Source: Rotaria socialis (Eukaryota). Taken from it: a stretch of 64,000 nt of DNA. Numbering within the stretch: position 1 is the stretch's first letter; each line of letters opens with the position of its first letter. The stretch covers positions 124,001-188,000 of the forward strand of contig CAJNYD010000048.1 in assembly GCA_905331295.1 (NCBI GenBank), read 5' to 3'. A program made the translations under genes and the position numbers. Below, piece after piece: positions 38,633 to 51,893 of the stretch. Under the pieces are notes generated by a model. That model searched no databases, was not told the DNA's origin, and worked only from the letters and a program-made list of their open reading frames with translations.

Positions 38633-41363
38633 AGTTATTTTCGTTTCCTATTAACTTTTATGTAATTATTTAGTTCCTTTATATTTTTTCTTTCCATCTA
38701 GTCACGTATTTCATATGAAAGTTTTCGCTCAGTATACATTGTGTATAAAGAAGAATAAAAAATTCGTAAATGAATGAAATTGCCTTTTCTTTTATTCGTC
38801 AACAACTGTTTAGTTTTCTTCTTCTTGTCACGGTTTTATTATTCCCGGTAGAAAAGATATATATTGCGTCATTTTTAGTTATTCATGTATTTATTTATTT
38901 ATATAATATCCGAGCGCAATGCAGTTTAGAATAGTGACGTTGTATGACACAATGGCAACGAGATCGAATGTAGTGCAATATGAATCTAATTTATCGACAA
39001 ATTGCAGCAACACCGACCTAGTCGCATTGGTTATTTCGTTTCTTTTTTTTTGTCAAGATATTGACATGAAAAAAAAGAGAATTTTTTTGTATTATTTTTT
39101 TTTTGGAAGAAAAGTGAAGACGAGAAAGAAATACAATACAAGTACATAAAAGAATAAGAAAAATACTAATTACATCTCGAACGATTACGACCGGTTGGCG
39201 TCGTGCAAGCGCCCTTTTCCCGGTTTCTGACGGAATATATCAAAATATCTTTTTCTTTTCTTTCCTTCTCTTTTTCTTCTTAATCTATCTGTTAATCGCG
39301 ATAATGTTCAGTCAGTACCAAATAGAAAATAAAGAAATTTGCTTTACCTATGTACGGATGATGTGATGACTTACCCTTTTACATTAGTTTGAAAAATACA
39401 TATGGCACGCATTGAAACAGGACACGAAGAGTGTGCAGAGTAAGAAAAACATAAGCATATGAAAGTAAAGTGGATTGTTGCAGAGCAAAAAGCACAACGA
39501 GAGACAGAGAGAGGAAGAGAGAGCATAGAGCGCTCACCATTACAAGCGTCATTTGAATAAAAAAAATAAAAACGAACGAAAAGAAGAAAGAGAACGACAG
39601 AATCTAGCATACCTGTACACACAATCATCATCATCATCAGAATAGAGACACGAACAGCAATAGAAATGAAGAAGAAAAAATGTATATATACATATGCACA
39701 CATCGCCCTAGCAACGATGATGACAATAACAAAAGTCATACAGGGTCTAAAAGCTAAACTCTTCCATGTCTATCATAAAACAAAAGAGAGAGAGAGAGGG
39801 CGGAGGGGAAGAAAGAGGAGTCATTTTTTCGTCTTCCTTGTTCTTTTCGCTACTAAACATAAGACAAAGAAAAAAAAGAAGAATGGATAAGATAAAAAGC
39901 CATCGACATATGTGGCTATGGGTATGTATTTATTTGCGTGCATTTCTTGCTTCATATATAGAACGGTGCATAAGAGTACATAATTCTTCAGTTATCTCGT
40001 GATATTTATAATATACGTACGTTTGGATCCTTGCTGATGCTCAAGGAATAGGAAGTAAATAAACCGAAAGAATGAATAGTGACTCATAGAGATTGATTAT
40101 AATAACTAACTGTATGTACATATATTTATATAGTTGTACTTCCTATTGTGTCAACTCAATTAGAAACGAAGGCAGAACTCAATGGAGTAATGTAAAGAAG
40201 GCTGATGTGATAATTACCTTTATGAATATGTGTCCAACTCTCACATATACCTTCCAAACGAATGACTGAGCTTTATATGAGTAGGCTAAAATGAAAATAT
40301 ATTTCATCGCGCTCTCTCCCTCTCTCTATTCTCTCTCTCTCTCTCTCTCTCTTTTCTAATTATACGAACTCTTATTCTCTCTTTCACTCTCTATATGTGC
40401 ACAAACAGACACTTCAATTGTAACTAGCTACGCGAGAGCGAACAAGTATTGAGAAGACTTTTAAAAAAATTCTTCTACGTCTGAGAAAAGGTTGTCACAT
40501 TCAAGTACCTTTCTTTTTCTCTCTCTAGTTGTATGTGTGTTTAAACAAAGAAAGAGAGAGAGAGAGGGAAACAAAGGGAAGGCAAAAAGCGAAAGAAGGA
40601 GAGAAAGAGATTGATTTTTTCTGTCGCGCGGAAAACGCTATAGCGGCACCTCTCAAGTTCTCTCACTTGTCCTCTGATTGAGCTGAACTATGTAAACAAA
40701 GTAAAATGAGAGAGAGAGAGAGTATGCATCTATGTATGCCGTTGTCAATGACACAACTGAAATCACCCTTGGAGGCATGTTGATTCTTTTATATACATTC
40801 GAAATGAAATCATCCATCTTCCAACACATTTCGACCATTGAAGTAGAAGAAGGTGCTCTAGAAGAATAGAAGAAAGCTCTTGAATATGAAGAAATGAATG
40901 CTGGAAGACGTTGAATGAAATTATTATGAACAAAAGAATGAGATGAAAGTTGTTTTGTAATCAATCGAAATGAAATGATGACTACCCTTTAGTTCATTGT
41001 AGACAATAGAACAAAAGTGATCTAACTAAATATACTCAACTGAGAATTCATATAGTTGAAACACAAAGGGTTTTTACATTCAAAACCATGGCGTAGTTTT
41101 ATCATCATTATAATAAAAAAATTATTAAAACAAGAGGAATGAACAATGTCCTCAAAATAAAAGAACGATCACGAAAATATAATTTAAAGAAAAAAATACG
41201 AAATTAACTCTTTTTAAAAACGAACGAATTATAATTTATTTTGAGTTAGATTATTTGTATAGGCTGGCTCTGTCCATTTAGATTCTTGTACAAAAATTTT
41301 ATGGATCTTTATAGTGTAACATTTTTTTTTTGTTCTAGTTGATTGTTTCTAAAAATTTCAGGA

Positions 41364-43808
41364 ATGTCTGTAAAGCTTTTAAAAAACCTTTGTTCATGTC
41401 AAACATCCGAACCTCGTCGTGATAAATTAATCATTTATGAAATACTCGTTCGATTATTTGGTAATCAAAATTTAACGAATACTATTCATGGAACTATAGA
41501 ACAAAATGGTGTCGGTAAAATGAATGATATCAGTGATCTAGCCTTGAAAGAATTAAAAAGATTTGGATATACACACGTATGGTATTGTGGACTTCTTGAA
41601 CATGCGACAATAACTGATTATACAGTCTACGGCATTCGTAAAGATAATCCTTATATTGTCAAGTAAGAAATATTTTCTTTGTTATTATTCGAGGTATTCT
41701 TATTTTTCTGTACAGAGGTTTAGCTGGTTCACCCTATGCAATAAAAGATTATTATGATATTGATCCGGATATAGCCGTTGACATTCCAAATCGCATGAGT
41801 GAATTTGAAAAATTAATGCAACGTACTCATGCTCATGGTCTTCAAGTTATTATGGATTTTATTCCTAATCATGTTGCTAGAGAATATGGTTCTGATGTTC
41901 GACCTGAAGAAGATTTAGGTATCAATGATGATCGAACGAAATCGTTTAGTCCAACAAATGACTTTTATTATATTGAAAATGAAGACTTTCAAATGTATAA
42001 TGTTGAACATATACCTCCGTGCATTGATATATCGAAAGTACCAAAATATACTGAAAAACCAGCACGCGCAACAGGCAACGATGTATTTCATTCGAGACCA
42101 TCAATGACAGATTGGTTTGAAACTATTAAATTAAATTATGGAATTGATAACGCTACGGGTAAAAATTATTTTGACCCACGGCCACCACTCTGGGATAAAA
42201 TCTTTCGAATTTTATCGTATTGGATTGATAAAGGAATTGATGGTTTTCGTTGTGATATGGTAAATTGCAAGATTATTTCGTCTGAAATACATTCTTTTTC
42301 TTTGTAAATATTAGGCAGAAATGGTTCCTGTTGAGTTTTGGCATTGGTTAATAGCTACAATACGTCAAGCATATCCTGATCGACGAATTGTTTTTATTGC
42401 TGAAATTTATCGATCGGATTTGTATCAACGTTATGTTGAATATGGTCTTTTTGATTATCTATATGATAAAATAGGATTATATGATTGTTTACATCGTTTA
42501 TTAGGAGAAGAATCAGTTTCAGGAAACTGTAATGATATAACACGTATTCATAATGAAGTAAATTATATTGATAGACATATGGTAAGATTTTTGGAAAATC
42601 ACGATGAAGTTAGGTAAGGAGAGATATGCGGAATCGATACTGAATTATCTCTTTCATATTTTAGAATTGCTGCAAAACAATTTACAGGAAACCCATGGAA
42701 ATCAATACCAGCTGCTGTTTGTACGGCTACTATGCATTCGGGTCCGTTTATGATTTATTTTGGACAAGAAATTGGTGTCGATAGTGTAGGACCCAAAGGT
42801 TTTCAAGGAGATGATGGTCGAACAACTATTTTTGATTATTGGGTAATTTAGTAGATAAAGTTGTCAAAATTTTGTATATTAGAAGTATTCTTTTTACGTA
42901 TCAAAAGATTTCTGCTAGAAAATTTTTTAATCGATTTGTTAGAAGTCTGAAAGTAAATATTAATTTGCTAATAGGGAATAGAAAAGGCGCACTGCTTCAA
43001 TTTAAGAGTTTTTTTTTTTGAAGAGCGGACTTTTTAATGTGTTCAGTTATACTGTTGATTTTCTATATTACGCTGTAGAGAGAGAGAGAGAGAGAACGAG
43101 CTCGTTATTGATCGCATGTGTAAGAAAATCTCGGCTATAATAACGAGATGTTTGCTGCAGAGAAAACTTCAATTTTCATGCGACAACAAACACTGACTCG
43201 TCATTTTTAAAAATTGAACTTCTGGAAAAAATTTTAATTCATATTTAGAAATATTTCCAAAATCTTGATTGTAACTCTATCTTTTCAGGTCTCTGTTAGG
43301 CTTCTGTAAGACGCATAAAAACGAATAAATATTTTGTTAAATCTATTTTTCTTAGGGAATCCCTGAATATCAAGCTTGGCATAATAAAGGTGCATGTGAT
43401 GGCGGTCAATTGACAACTTCACAAAAAGCTCTACGATCATTCTATGAAACTCTTATAAAACTTATTCATGATTATAAAGCTTTACATTGTGTTTCATCGA
43501 AATTGATTGATTTACAATTTGCTAATCATTCATTATATGATACAAGAAAAATCTATTCTTTTATTCGATATCACGATCATGATGAACAATTACTATTTAT
43601 ATTAAATTTCGATTATAAAAATAATTATGATATTGAATTAGCCATACCAAATGAAATATGGTCAGTCTTGGGATTAGATACAACAAAATTGTATACACTT
43701 CAAGAAGTGTTTATTGATAGAACACTCAAATTGGAATTACGTGCAAATGAACATATTCGTCTCAGACTTCCAGGCAATCAAGTCTATGTTTTCCAGGTGC
43801 AAAAATAA
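41364..43808 (+). CDS. GH13 alpha-amylase-family glycoside hydrolase of Bacteroidetes type (GH13_38-like); exons 41364-41662, 41716-42259, 42315-42613, 42665-42842, 43356-43808
   Basis: IIYEILVRLFGN, GYTHVWYCGLLEHA, KGLAGSPYAIKDYYDIDPD, MDFIPNHVAREY, DWFETIKLNYG, catalytic GIDGFRCDM|AEMVP, FIAEIY, FLENHDE, IYFGQEIG, GDDGRTTIFDYW. The frame is restored across four GT-AG introns. Confidence 0.92.
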
Positions 43809-45088
43809 TTCTAGTCAAGCAATTTATTTTATTGTTTTAATAGACACGCTATTTTTTAGACTAAATAGTGAAGTTTATTATTAGCCAGCTATTTTGTCTT
43901 CGGTCGATTTACACACAAGTGCTGGAATCAAGCATTTTTCTGACAATAATTTTAATCAATAGAATTATATAATTGAAATCTTTCATTTAAATTGTAAGAA
44001 AATGACTCAATAGTAGGAAACTAATGTTCTTTTTTTTTTGAAAATCGACCTCCAAATATAAATATGATTTCATTTTCTTCGTATGCTTTTATGTGGGTGG
44101 ACTAATAGAGAAATTTCACTTGTTTGATGCATTTGTTTTTGCAATGAATCAGCTAATATCGATTGTTAATATATACTAGCTCATTGATCATGCATGTCAT
44201 GATTTCATACGTGTGCGTGAATATGTTATTCGCTTATTGATGAAACATAATTTGTACTGGCAAAGAAAGAAAAAAAATACATTTCTGTTTGCCTTAGCGT
44301 ATAGAAATATGTCAATTTGATGCATGAGTCTCACAATATTTTTCTACCGCACATTTGTTTGTCTACTTGTAAATGAAAGAATCTCGTAATAGGCATGTAA
44401 TGACACTACATCAAGAGAAGGTATTCTATGAATCATAGACGTCTGCTCGTGCTAGAAGGTATAACTATGAACACCATATTTAAAACAAATGATTAAACTA
44501 TATTTATACGAAAACACTTACGTTAGTGACGTTCATTGAAGAGCGCAGCTGTTTGAAACAAAAGCTGAACTTGGTAATAGAATAATGATTAATTTGCACT
44601 AATTATATAGTTATGTATGGAAAAGAAAACTTTCGCTCGTGTTGTATCGAAACTTTTCTAAAAACTCAACTCAACGAATATAGAATAAGTTAACACATTC
44701 TTATTCATCAGATCCATACTAACACTATAGACCTGATCCGAACTGTCGACTCTTTTATCAGTAGATTTTAAAATTTCGTCTTGTACACAGTCATCGTTAA
44801 AATAATTGTTTTGTTAAATTTTATAGCTCTATGGTGAAGAGAGATAGGTACAAGAAAATAAATGGAGTTTATACAAGGCTTATGGAACAGCGATGTCAAG
44901 TACTAGCGACAGTCGCACATCAACAGATGTCCCTGTTGTTCAACTGTGATTGTACGGAAATAAACCAGCTACAATAGTAGAAAACAGATAGATACACACG
45001 ATCACATTTTTATGTACTTGCTTACTATACCCAGAATCAGATCTTTTTTTTCATTGGATTCATTTACAAATCAATATAAAAGAATAAG

Positions 45089-46197
45089 ATGAGTTGTAAT
45101 CCGTCAACATCAGCAGAAAAAAAGCCATCGGATACATCGGAAATAAAATCAAACGAAATGACAGTCGAAGAATATACTGATTTAGTATCCAAATGGCATC
45201 AAGCTTACTATACATGGAATATGAGCTGTGTTACGTATTCGAAGTAATGAAAAACTAGATTTCAAAAATTCTTTTCTATATTTTGAATTTTATTTTAGTA
45301 TGATGATGATGAATGCATCTCAGCAATTTTTTCGGCAGATACCTGTTATTTCAAGTTCTAATTTTCTTGAAATGATCAACGAAGTCAATCGGTCACAACC
45401 TTTTGATCCTTTAGCTGAAATACGAAATGGTTTGAGTTTAGTTTTTGTGATTCTATGCAGACATAAAAAAAAGTATCTATGTTTTAGCTCGTCTGAAAAT
45501 AGCATCAGTCTGGCGTCGTTTTCTTGCTGAAATAGTCGATTTCTTTCTTTTACATGTGTTCAAGTAATATTCTTATCTTTTTTCCTTTTCATGGAAAATT
45601 TAGATATTTATTCTATTTTTGTTTTCCTATAGAATTTTAATCGTTTTTTTCCTCGCTAATTATTTCGATATAATCGACGAAAGCCGTCTTACGTTAACAT
45701 ACATGATCTCAAATATACTCTACGATGAAACATTCTCGTTTCCATTAGAACTTTTATGTATCGAATTGGGATATTTGATAACAAGCATCGCTTTTGAAGT
45801 TAGTTCTTGTTTATATGTTTCTCTATATTTTAATAATTAAATGATTTTATTTTAGAGTTTCTGTCTGACACGTTATGGTGCTACGCCAGGTAAACGTCTT
45901 CTTCGTTTACGTGTTCTCAAATGTGATCATCCACAAATGCAAGAAAATGGTGATTTAACCATCGAACCAGTGACAACACTTACTAGCGGAGCGTAAGAAA
46001 TACCGATAGAATTTTAACTATCTTTTTAAATGATATTCTTCTTTTGAAGGGCTTTCACTCGTTCTACATTTAAATGTCTCATGGCTACTTTTCTTTTTCC
46101 AGCTCTCATAGTTGCTCTATTTACATCGCAATATCGACAAACAAATTATGATATGGCTGCTAATGCTGTCGTTGTCGTAATTGAACCACGAGAATAA
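45089..46197 (+). CDS. FAM8A1-like RDD-domain membrane protein; multi-exon
   Basis: EEYTDLVSKWHQAYYTW, then RDD motifs KIASVWRRFLAEIVDFFLL, YGATPGKRLLRLRVLKC, AFTRSTFK and YRQTNYDMAANAVVV. Stop at 46195-46197. Confidence 0.8.
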
Positions 46198-47791
46198 TTT
46201 TTTTGCATATACCAGTGATCTTGTTTTCGTTTTACTGTATTAGTATCAATAATAAAGGGAACATTTTTAAATCAGGGGCTATTACTTGATTCCTTGCAGT
46301 ATTTGAGATTGTACATAATGATGATAATGGAAACGAAAGAGAGTTGAATGAAACAATGCAATATCATATTGAATAACGAATTCATCTAGCGAGCTAATTA
46401 ATCGAATAAAATGAACTTGAACAAGAATCATATGTTTTGATTTTGAGAGCAAGAAATGCCATTACTCTACATTCATCAATATCATTAAGTCTGTAATAAT
46501 GCACATTGATTTGGAATATTCAATATACACTGATAGTAAGATTAGAAAATGGCAGCATGATTCAAAATATTTTCTGAATGAAATTTTGTTTTTAAAATAT
46601 AGATAAACCTCCGTATGAATCATATAATTGTTGAGTCCTTAGAGATAAATTAGTTCGAAAAATTTGTTGAACATCTTACAGACAGGAGCAGCCATTTTAT
46701 TATGTTCATCTGATGTCAACGAGCGAACGATGTTGAATGTTAACAAAAAAAAAGTAAATCATACCGACTCAAACAAAACAAATTCACTTCAAAATGACTT
46801 ATTATAAATATAGCATGATTCTAATCATTGAATTGCAGATCATGAAGTCTTAATTTTATTATGATCAGCTTGTCGAGCACTGATTATCGAGATAATCTTC
46901 TATTTAAATTTTATACTTCGACTAGGATGAGCTTTAGCACCTTAATAATAACATAGAATTACAAAAAAAAAAATATCATCACTTCATTTTCATTTTTTAA
47001 ATAAAATCCGAGGCAAACCATTGATTTAAATCAACATTAAAATTACAACTCTAAAAATGAGCACATCTGTACCTTCTTCTTCCTCTTATTCGCTTAATAA
47101 TTTCTCACGTATCAATGAAAACTACTGATCACCAATTGCTATGGCTTTATATGTATCAAGACAAGTAATGAATATCATGACAACTCTTATGAATTTTACA
47201 TATATCGCAATCAAAACAATACTTTTGAAATTTGTGAATTTCAGAAGTTTTAAGGTATTTTTCTTCTGAATATATTCCGATTGTAATGTGACACATTGTT
47301 AATCAGTTGCACATGTGCTATCGGAAGCAGATGCATTAGTATTAACCATAGAATTACAACGGACGTAATTTCTCTATCTCATACGCACTCAACTCGTTAG
47401 TTTTCAAAGAGAAAATTAGCCGAAAAATATCTCTCGAATATAAAGAGAACAATCATTTTCATTTTCTAACTGATTTAAAACAATAAACTTCCTTGATATT
47501 TAATCTATTATCGTTTATTGCACAAAGACGAACGGCATGATACCGGCACACTTATCCCTATTAGATAGTTAGATCCACTTCAACCATCCGTCTCGTCCGC
47601 TTAGGATGAATCAATGAACGACGCCAGTAAGTATCACTGTCTTCCGCTTGATTTATATTGATATCCAACTGTGTTTTGATTATATACGCTCTTATGCATC
47701 TTCTTTCTTTGAGATAGACATATTGATTTAAAACTCAGATTTATTTTTATAATAAAAGAAAAGAAAAACATTTACATATCCATTTTAAATT

Positions 47792-48381
47792 TTACAGTAG
47801 CCAAATTTTTATATTTTTAATGTTTATTCTTCGAGTATCATCATTTGAATAGCGCACCAATGATTGTGAATTAGGTGTGAATTGTAATCGACGTTGAGAT
47901 ATAATTGGAATTGATGGATGTTGATCAAGATTATATTTCTGTTTAAATGATGATGTTGATCTTCCGTGACTGTTGTTATTATTAGGAATTTGACGGCGCA
48001 TTTGTTTTGGTGTACTGCAATAAATAGGTGGTGTTAATAATAATCGCTGATTTCTCATGATGGAATCTAGAGACACAAAAAAAGAAAGCAAAAATGAATT
48101 CCGAGTGAACTATGACAATAGATTTTAGTTTTCAAGTGCGACATATGTCAATCAATTGTGATGAACTTACGTGGGGAGCCATCATTGAATGGATTCGATT
48201 GTTCAATACCGTATGGTGTAGAAGCGGCAAGTGGTCGAAATGATGTATTCACTCGATTTTCTAGTTTAGTTGTACTATTTGCATGTTCGATTTTATTTAA
48301 TATCAATGTAGTTTCTTGTTGTGTATGAAAAAATTTTGATTGATGAGAATAACGTCGTTTTGTTAAAGAATATTTTCCCAT
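47792..48381 (-). CDS. Hypothetical basic S/T/P-rich protein (~161 aa), two exons (48381-48171, 48066-47792)
   Basis: Two adjacent ORFs join in frame through GTAAGT...TCTAG (total 486 nt). Contains LAASTP and YCSTPK motifs and ends KIWLL*. Confidence 0.6.
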
Positions 48382-51300
48382 AGGTGAATTCTAAATAATA
48401 ATAAAAATGAAAAATGATGTCCAGTTTTTTTTTCGAAGTAACTTTCTAGAAGTCTAAATAGGAATATCGACGACGCGTGTATTACACACGCGTACGGAAA
48501 AATATAAATGACATAAGAGTAGTAATGGATGATCGAAAAAAATTTTCTCAACATGTATACGTGCATATCGATATAATTTTAAGTAGACAACCCATTAACC
48601 AATTTAAATATCGAAATATGCAATATCCACTTCTATGTCTTTTTCTTTTTTCAAGTATTCTAATCGAATATGATGATTTGTCGATATTTTATTTTATTCT
48701 AACAAACCTGAGAAGATGTTGTTTTGCGAACGATTCGCTGTTGTTTATTGTTATGATGTTGATCAATACGACTATGCTTTTTATACATAGAATAAGATGA
48801 GAACTATTGATGATGGATACATATAAATTATCATTGAGCCAATCGATATTATTCGTTCTCTTCTCTCTTGTCGATATAGACAATTGGTGAAAAAAGGGAA
48901 AATTCTAATGATGAATGATTCGTCAATCAAGAGAAGAAAAGAAAAAATGAATACGCTTCAAAGAGATGATTATCACTGATCATATACTTTCGTTTTTTTT
49001 GAAGATACGAAAGTGGTCATACATATAGACCGTAGTTTTCTGAAATAAATATCACAATGTAATTATGTTTTTAGAGAGTGAGCGAGACCGGATACCGGTC
49101 TATCACTACTAGAAAGCTAAGCAATGTGGCTAGTATCATTATTACCATCAGATTACATAGATTTCCGTCATTGTGTATAGCAAATCCAGAGGATATATCA
49201 TCATTTCTTTACAAATTTCAAGATCCGCCACAATCATTTATTTTTATTTTTTATGAATATTCGAAAGCTTAGTTCGACTCGTGCTTTGCGTGTATCATCA
49301 CGGGTTTTTTTTCTTCTTTTCTAATGTGTTATATCCATAATATGAAGACAATATGAAAGCATACTCGTCTAATTCAATAATAACACATAGATTGACGCCA
49401 TTGATCTAATTCTATATTTAAAAAAATCTTTACAGAATCAATAAACTTGATATTTCGATACAAGCCATCAAGATTTATTTATAAAACAAGCTTGTAATTA
49501 CCTTAAATATATGATTTCTTAACCAAACACTTGAGTGTGTACTTCATTGATAGCTCATGTTTAACAGGCATAATGCTGCTATTTATTGAATAAACTTTTT
49601 CGAGTGGCATTACATTGTTTTTATATAGAGCAATTGACAGATTATATTCGTACAGTACGAGTAGTTGACTTTTAACAGTGTGACAAACAGAAATGAAGAA
49701 AAAATTTATTTCCGTTCATGCATATCCTAAAGAGAAATGTCTGGTATTGAACCAAATGAATATCAATTTTCTTTTCTGCTCAATAATCTAGCGTCAGATA
49801 CACCTTCGTCTAATTGAGCCAGACAGAATAGAAGTGATTACATCAGCTTACTAGTAGATCATATTCTGTCTCAATGACACGTTGTGTTGTCATCAAAAAG
49901 AAAAAATGGAAACAGACGGAACGCCCCTGACATGTGTTATCCGAATAAACGAACACTCATGATCATAAAACACCATTAACAATAATCGTAAAAACTGGCT
50001 AGTGATGTTCTTCAAAAAGTATTTAATCATTTATTTTCAATTCAGAATATCGGGATAGTAGAACGATATTGCGTTTAAAAGAAATTTATAAACATACTTT
50101 GACACATAACATTCATGCGAAACGTACACATAAAAAAAACAATCTGGAACAATTTTTATATTCGCAAGTGTCAAGTGAAATTAAAGAGAATGGTTCGTTG
50201 ATGCCTAGATTATCATCATCATCTATTTATGTTTATTTTTTGCTGTAGGAATTCATCAGTAATAATTCTATTCTAGTTAAGTTTGATTAAATTTCAGATC
50301 GATAATTCACCTGAAGAATTTGGAGAAAGCTGTTTAACGCGTTGCACATCATATGTTCTTTTAGATTGATTGTTTATTATCTTTTACGAGATAATTTTAA
50401 TGAAGCTTTTCGTTTCTTATCAAAAAATTGTAGTTTTCATTCGAGTTACTTTTCACGCCGTACATGATAATCTACACTTTGATTTACAGATAATAACTTT
50501 CACGGCTATGAGAAACGTTCAATAGATAAAAACCGAAAGAATATTTTTTTTTGATATAATATTGAGTAGAAATAATCCAAGATCAGAATTTTAACACATT
50601 ATCATCGATCATGTTCGTTAGCTATGAAAAGAAAAGAACAAGTAGGATACTCTGTTCACATATGTCACTGAGATGTGAACATATATTGTTGTTTTTTCTC
50701 ATTATACATGAGAGTTTAGTGCGTCGGGTTAAATGAGAAATATGTTAATCGTTCGTTGCGAATTTAAAATAGCGACTCATATTAATTATAAATCAATAGA
50801 ATTGACCTAACATATCATCATACTTCAGCACGACATGATCATAAAAATAAATATTAACGAAGTGAGTGAGATGAAAAGTTTTCATGTAATTAATTTTTTT
50901 AATATTCTTTTCCAAGTAGAAACAATCGAATAATTTATCGTTTCAATGAAGTTAGCTTTTGAAAGTATCGTTTTTAATTAAATTACTTTTTACTTTCTAT
51001 AGATTAAAGCTAAAACCTTTGAGATTTGATAACATATTATTTGAGATCATTTTTTTCTTTGAAATATTTATTGTACTCCGATTGTTGTTTATTTGTAGTA
51101 ACTCGAACATTTCTGCAACCTGCTAAAACTATGAAAATTCTCAACCATTCAAATATGTACTAATCGTATTGATTAGAGCAAAACAAGTCGTGTACTAGCT
51201 TTATTCAGAATGATCGAATGAATTCGACATCAATCATTTACACATAGAAAAATTTCATCAATTGTACGTCAGTAAAAATAATAATTGTCGAGTAAATCCG

Positions 51301-51893
51301 CTACGATTAGATTCCTTTGAGCAATTCACAGTTTTTTGAATTTAGAATTGCAGCACTTAGAATAATATAAAATTTTCTATTATACTTTATTGACAAGAAA
51401 AACAAAACACTGAAGAAGCTGAATTCAAATCATGTTGCGTTACAAATACAAGAATTATTTTCATTTCATTGGAGAAATGATAATGCAATAGATAAATATA
51501 GCGTGTATAGAAGAACAAGAAAGAAAATTGCATTGAAATTAGAAATTCTAATTGCATGAAGTATTGCAGTTGTGACAATTAATTCAATTATTCTCTCAGA
51601 AAAGAAAGAAGGATTAGTAATGCCTAAAGTTTCACGGACGGATACAAAAGAACATGTATGAGTCTAAATATATATATATATTTAAAATTGATAGGAAATA
51701 AAAGCTTTCTTCATTATGCTTGAGTAATAAGTTGCAAAAAAAAATACATTCAAAAAGAAAAAGGTTAGAAAAAGACTTGGTTTGTCATTCTTCTGCGGTA
51801 GGTAGCCGGCCACATTCGTTTTGCACGAATTATCACATATCAATCATAATGAAGAAGAAGAACAATAAATAAAATATTATGCCTGCCGTGAAT

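Noticed and set aside
39371..40002. Several 74-122 aa ORFs
   Set aside because: They translate purine or pyrimidine tracts and microsatellites; no coding signature.
40189..40200. AATGTAAAGAAG resembling miR-1
   Set aside because: The seed (GGAATGT) is absent and no precursor hairpin is evident.
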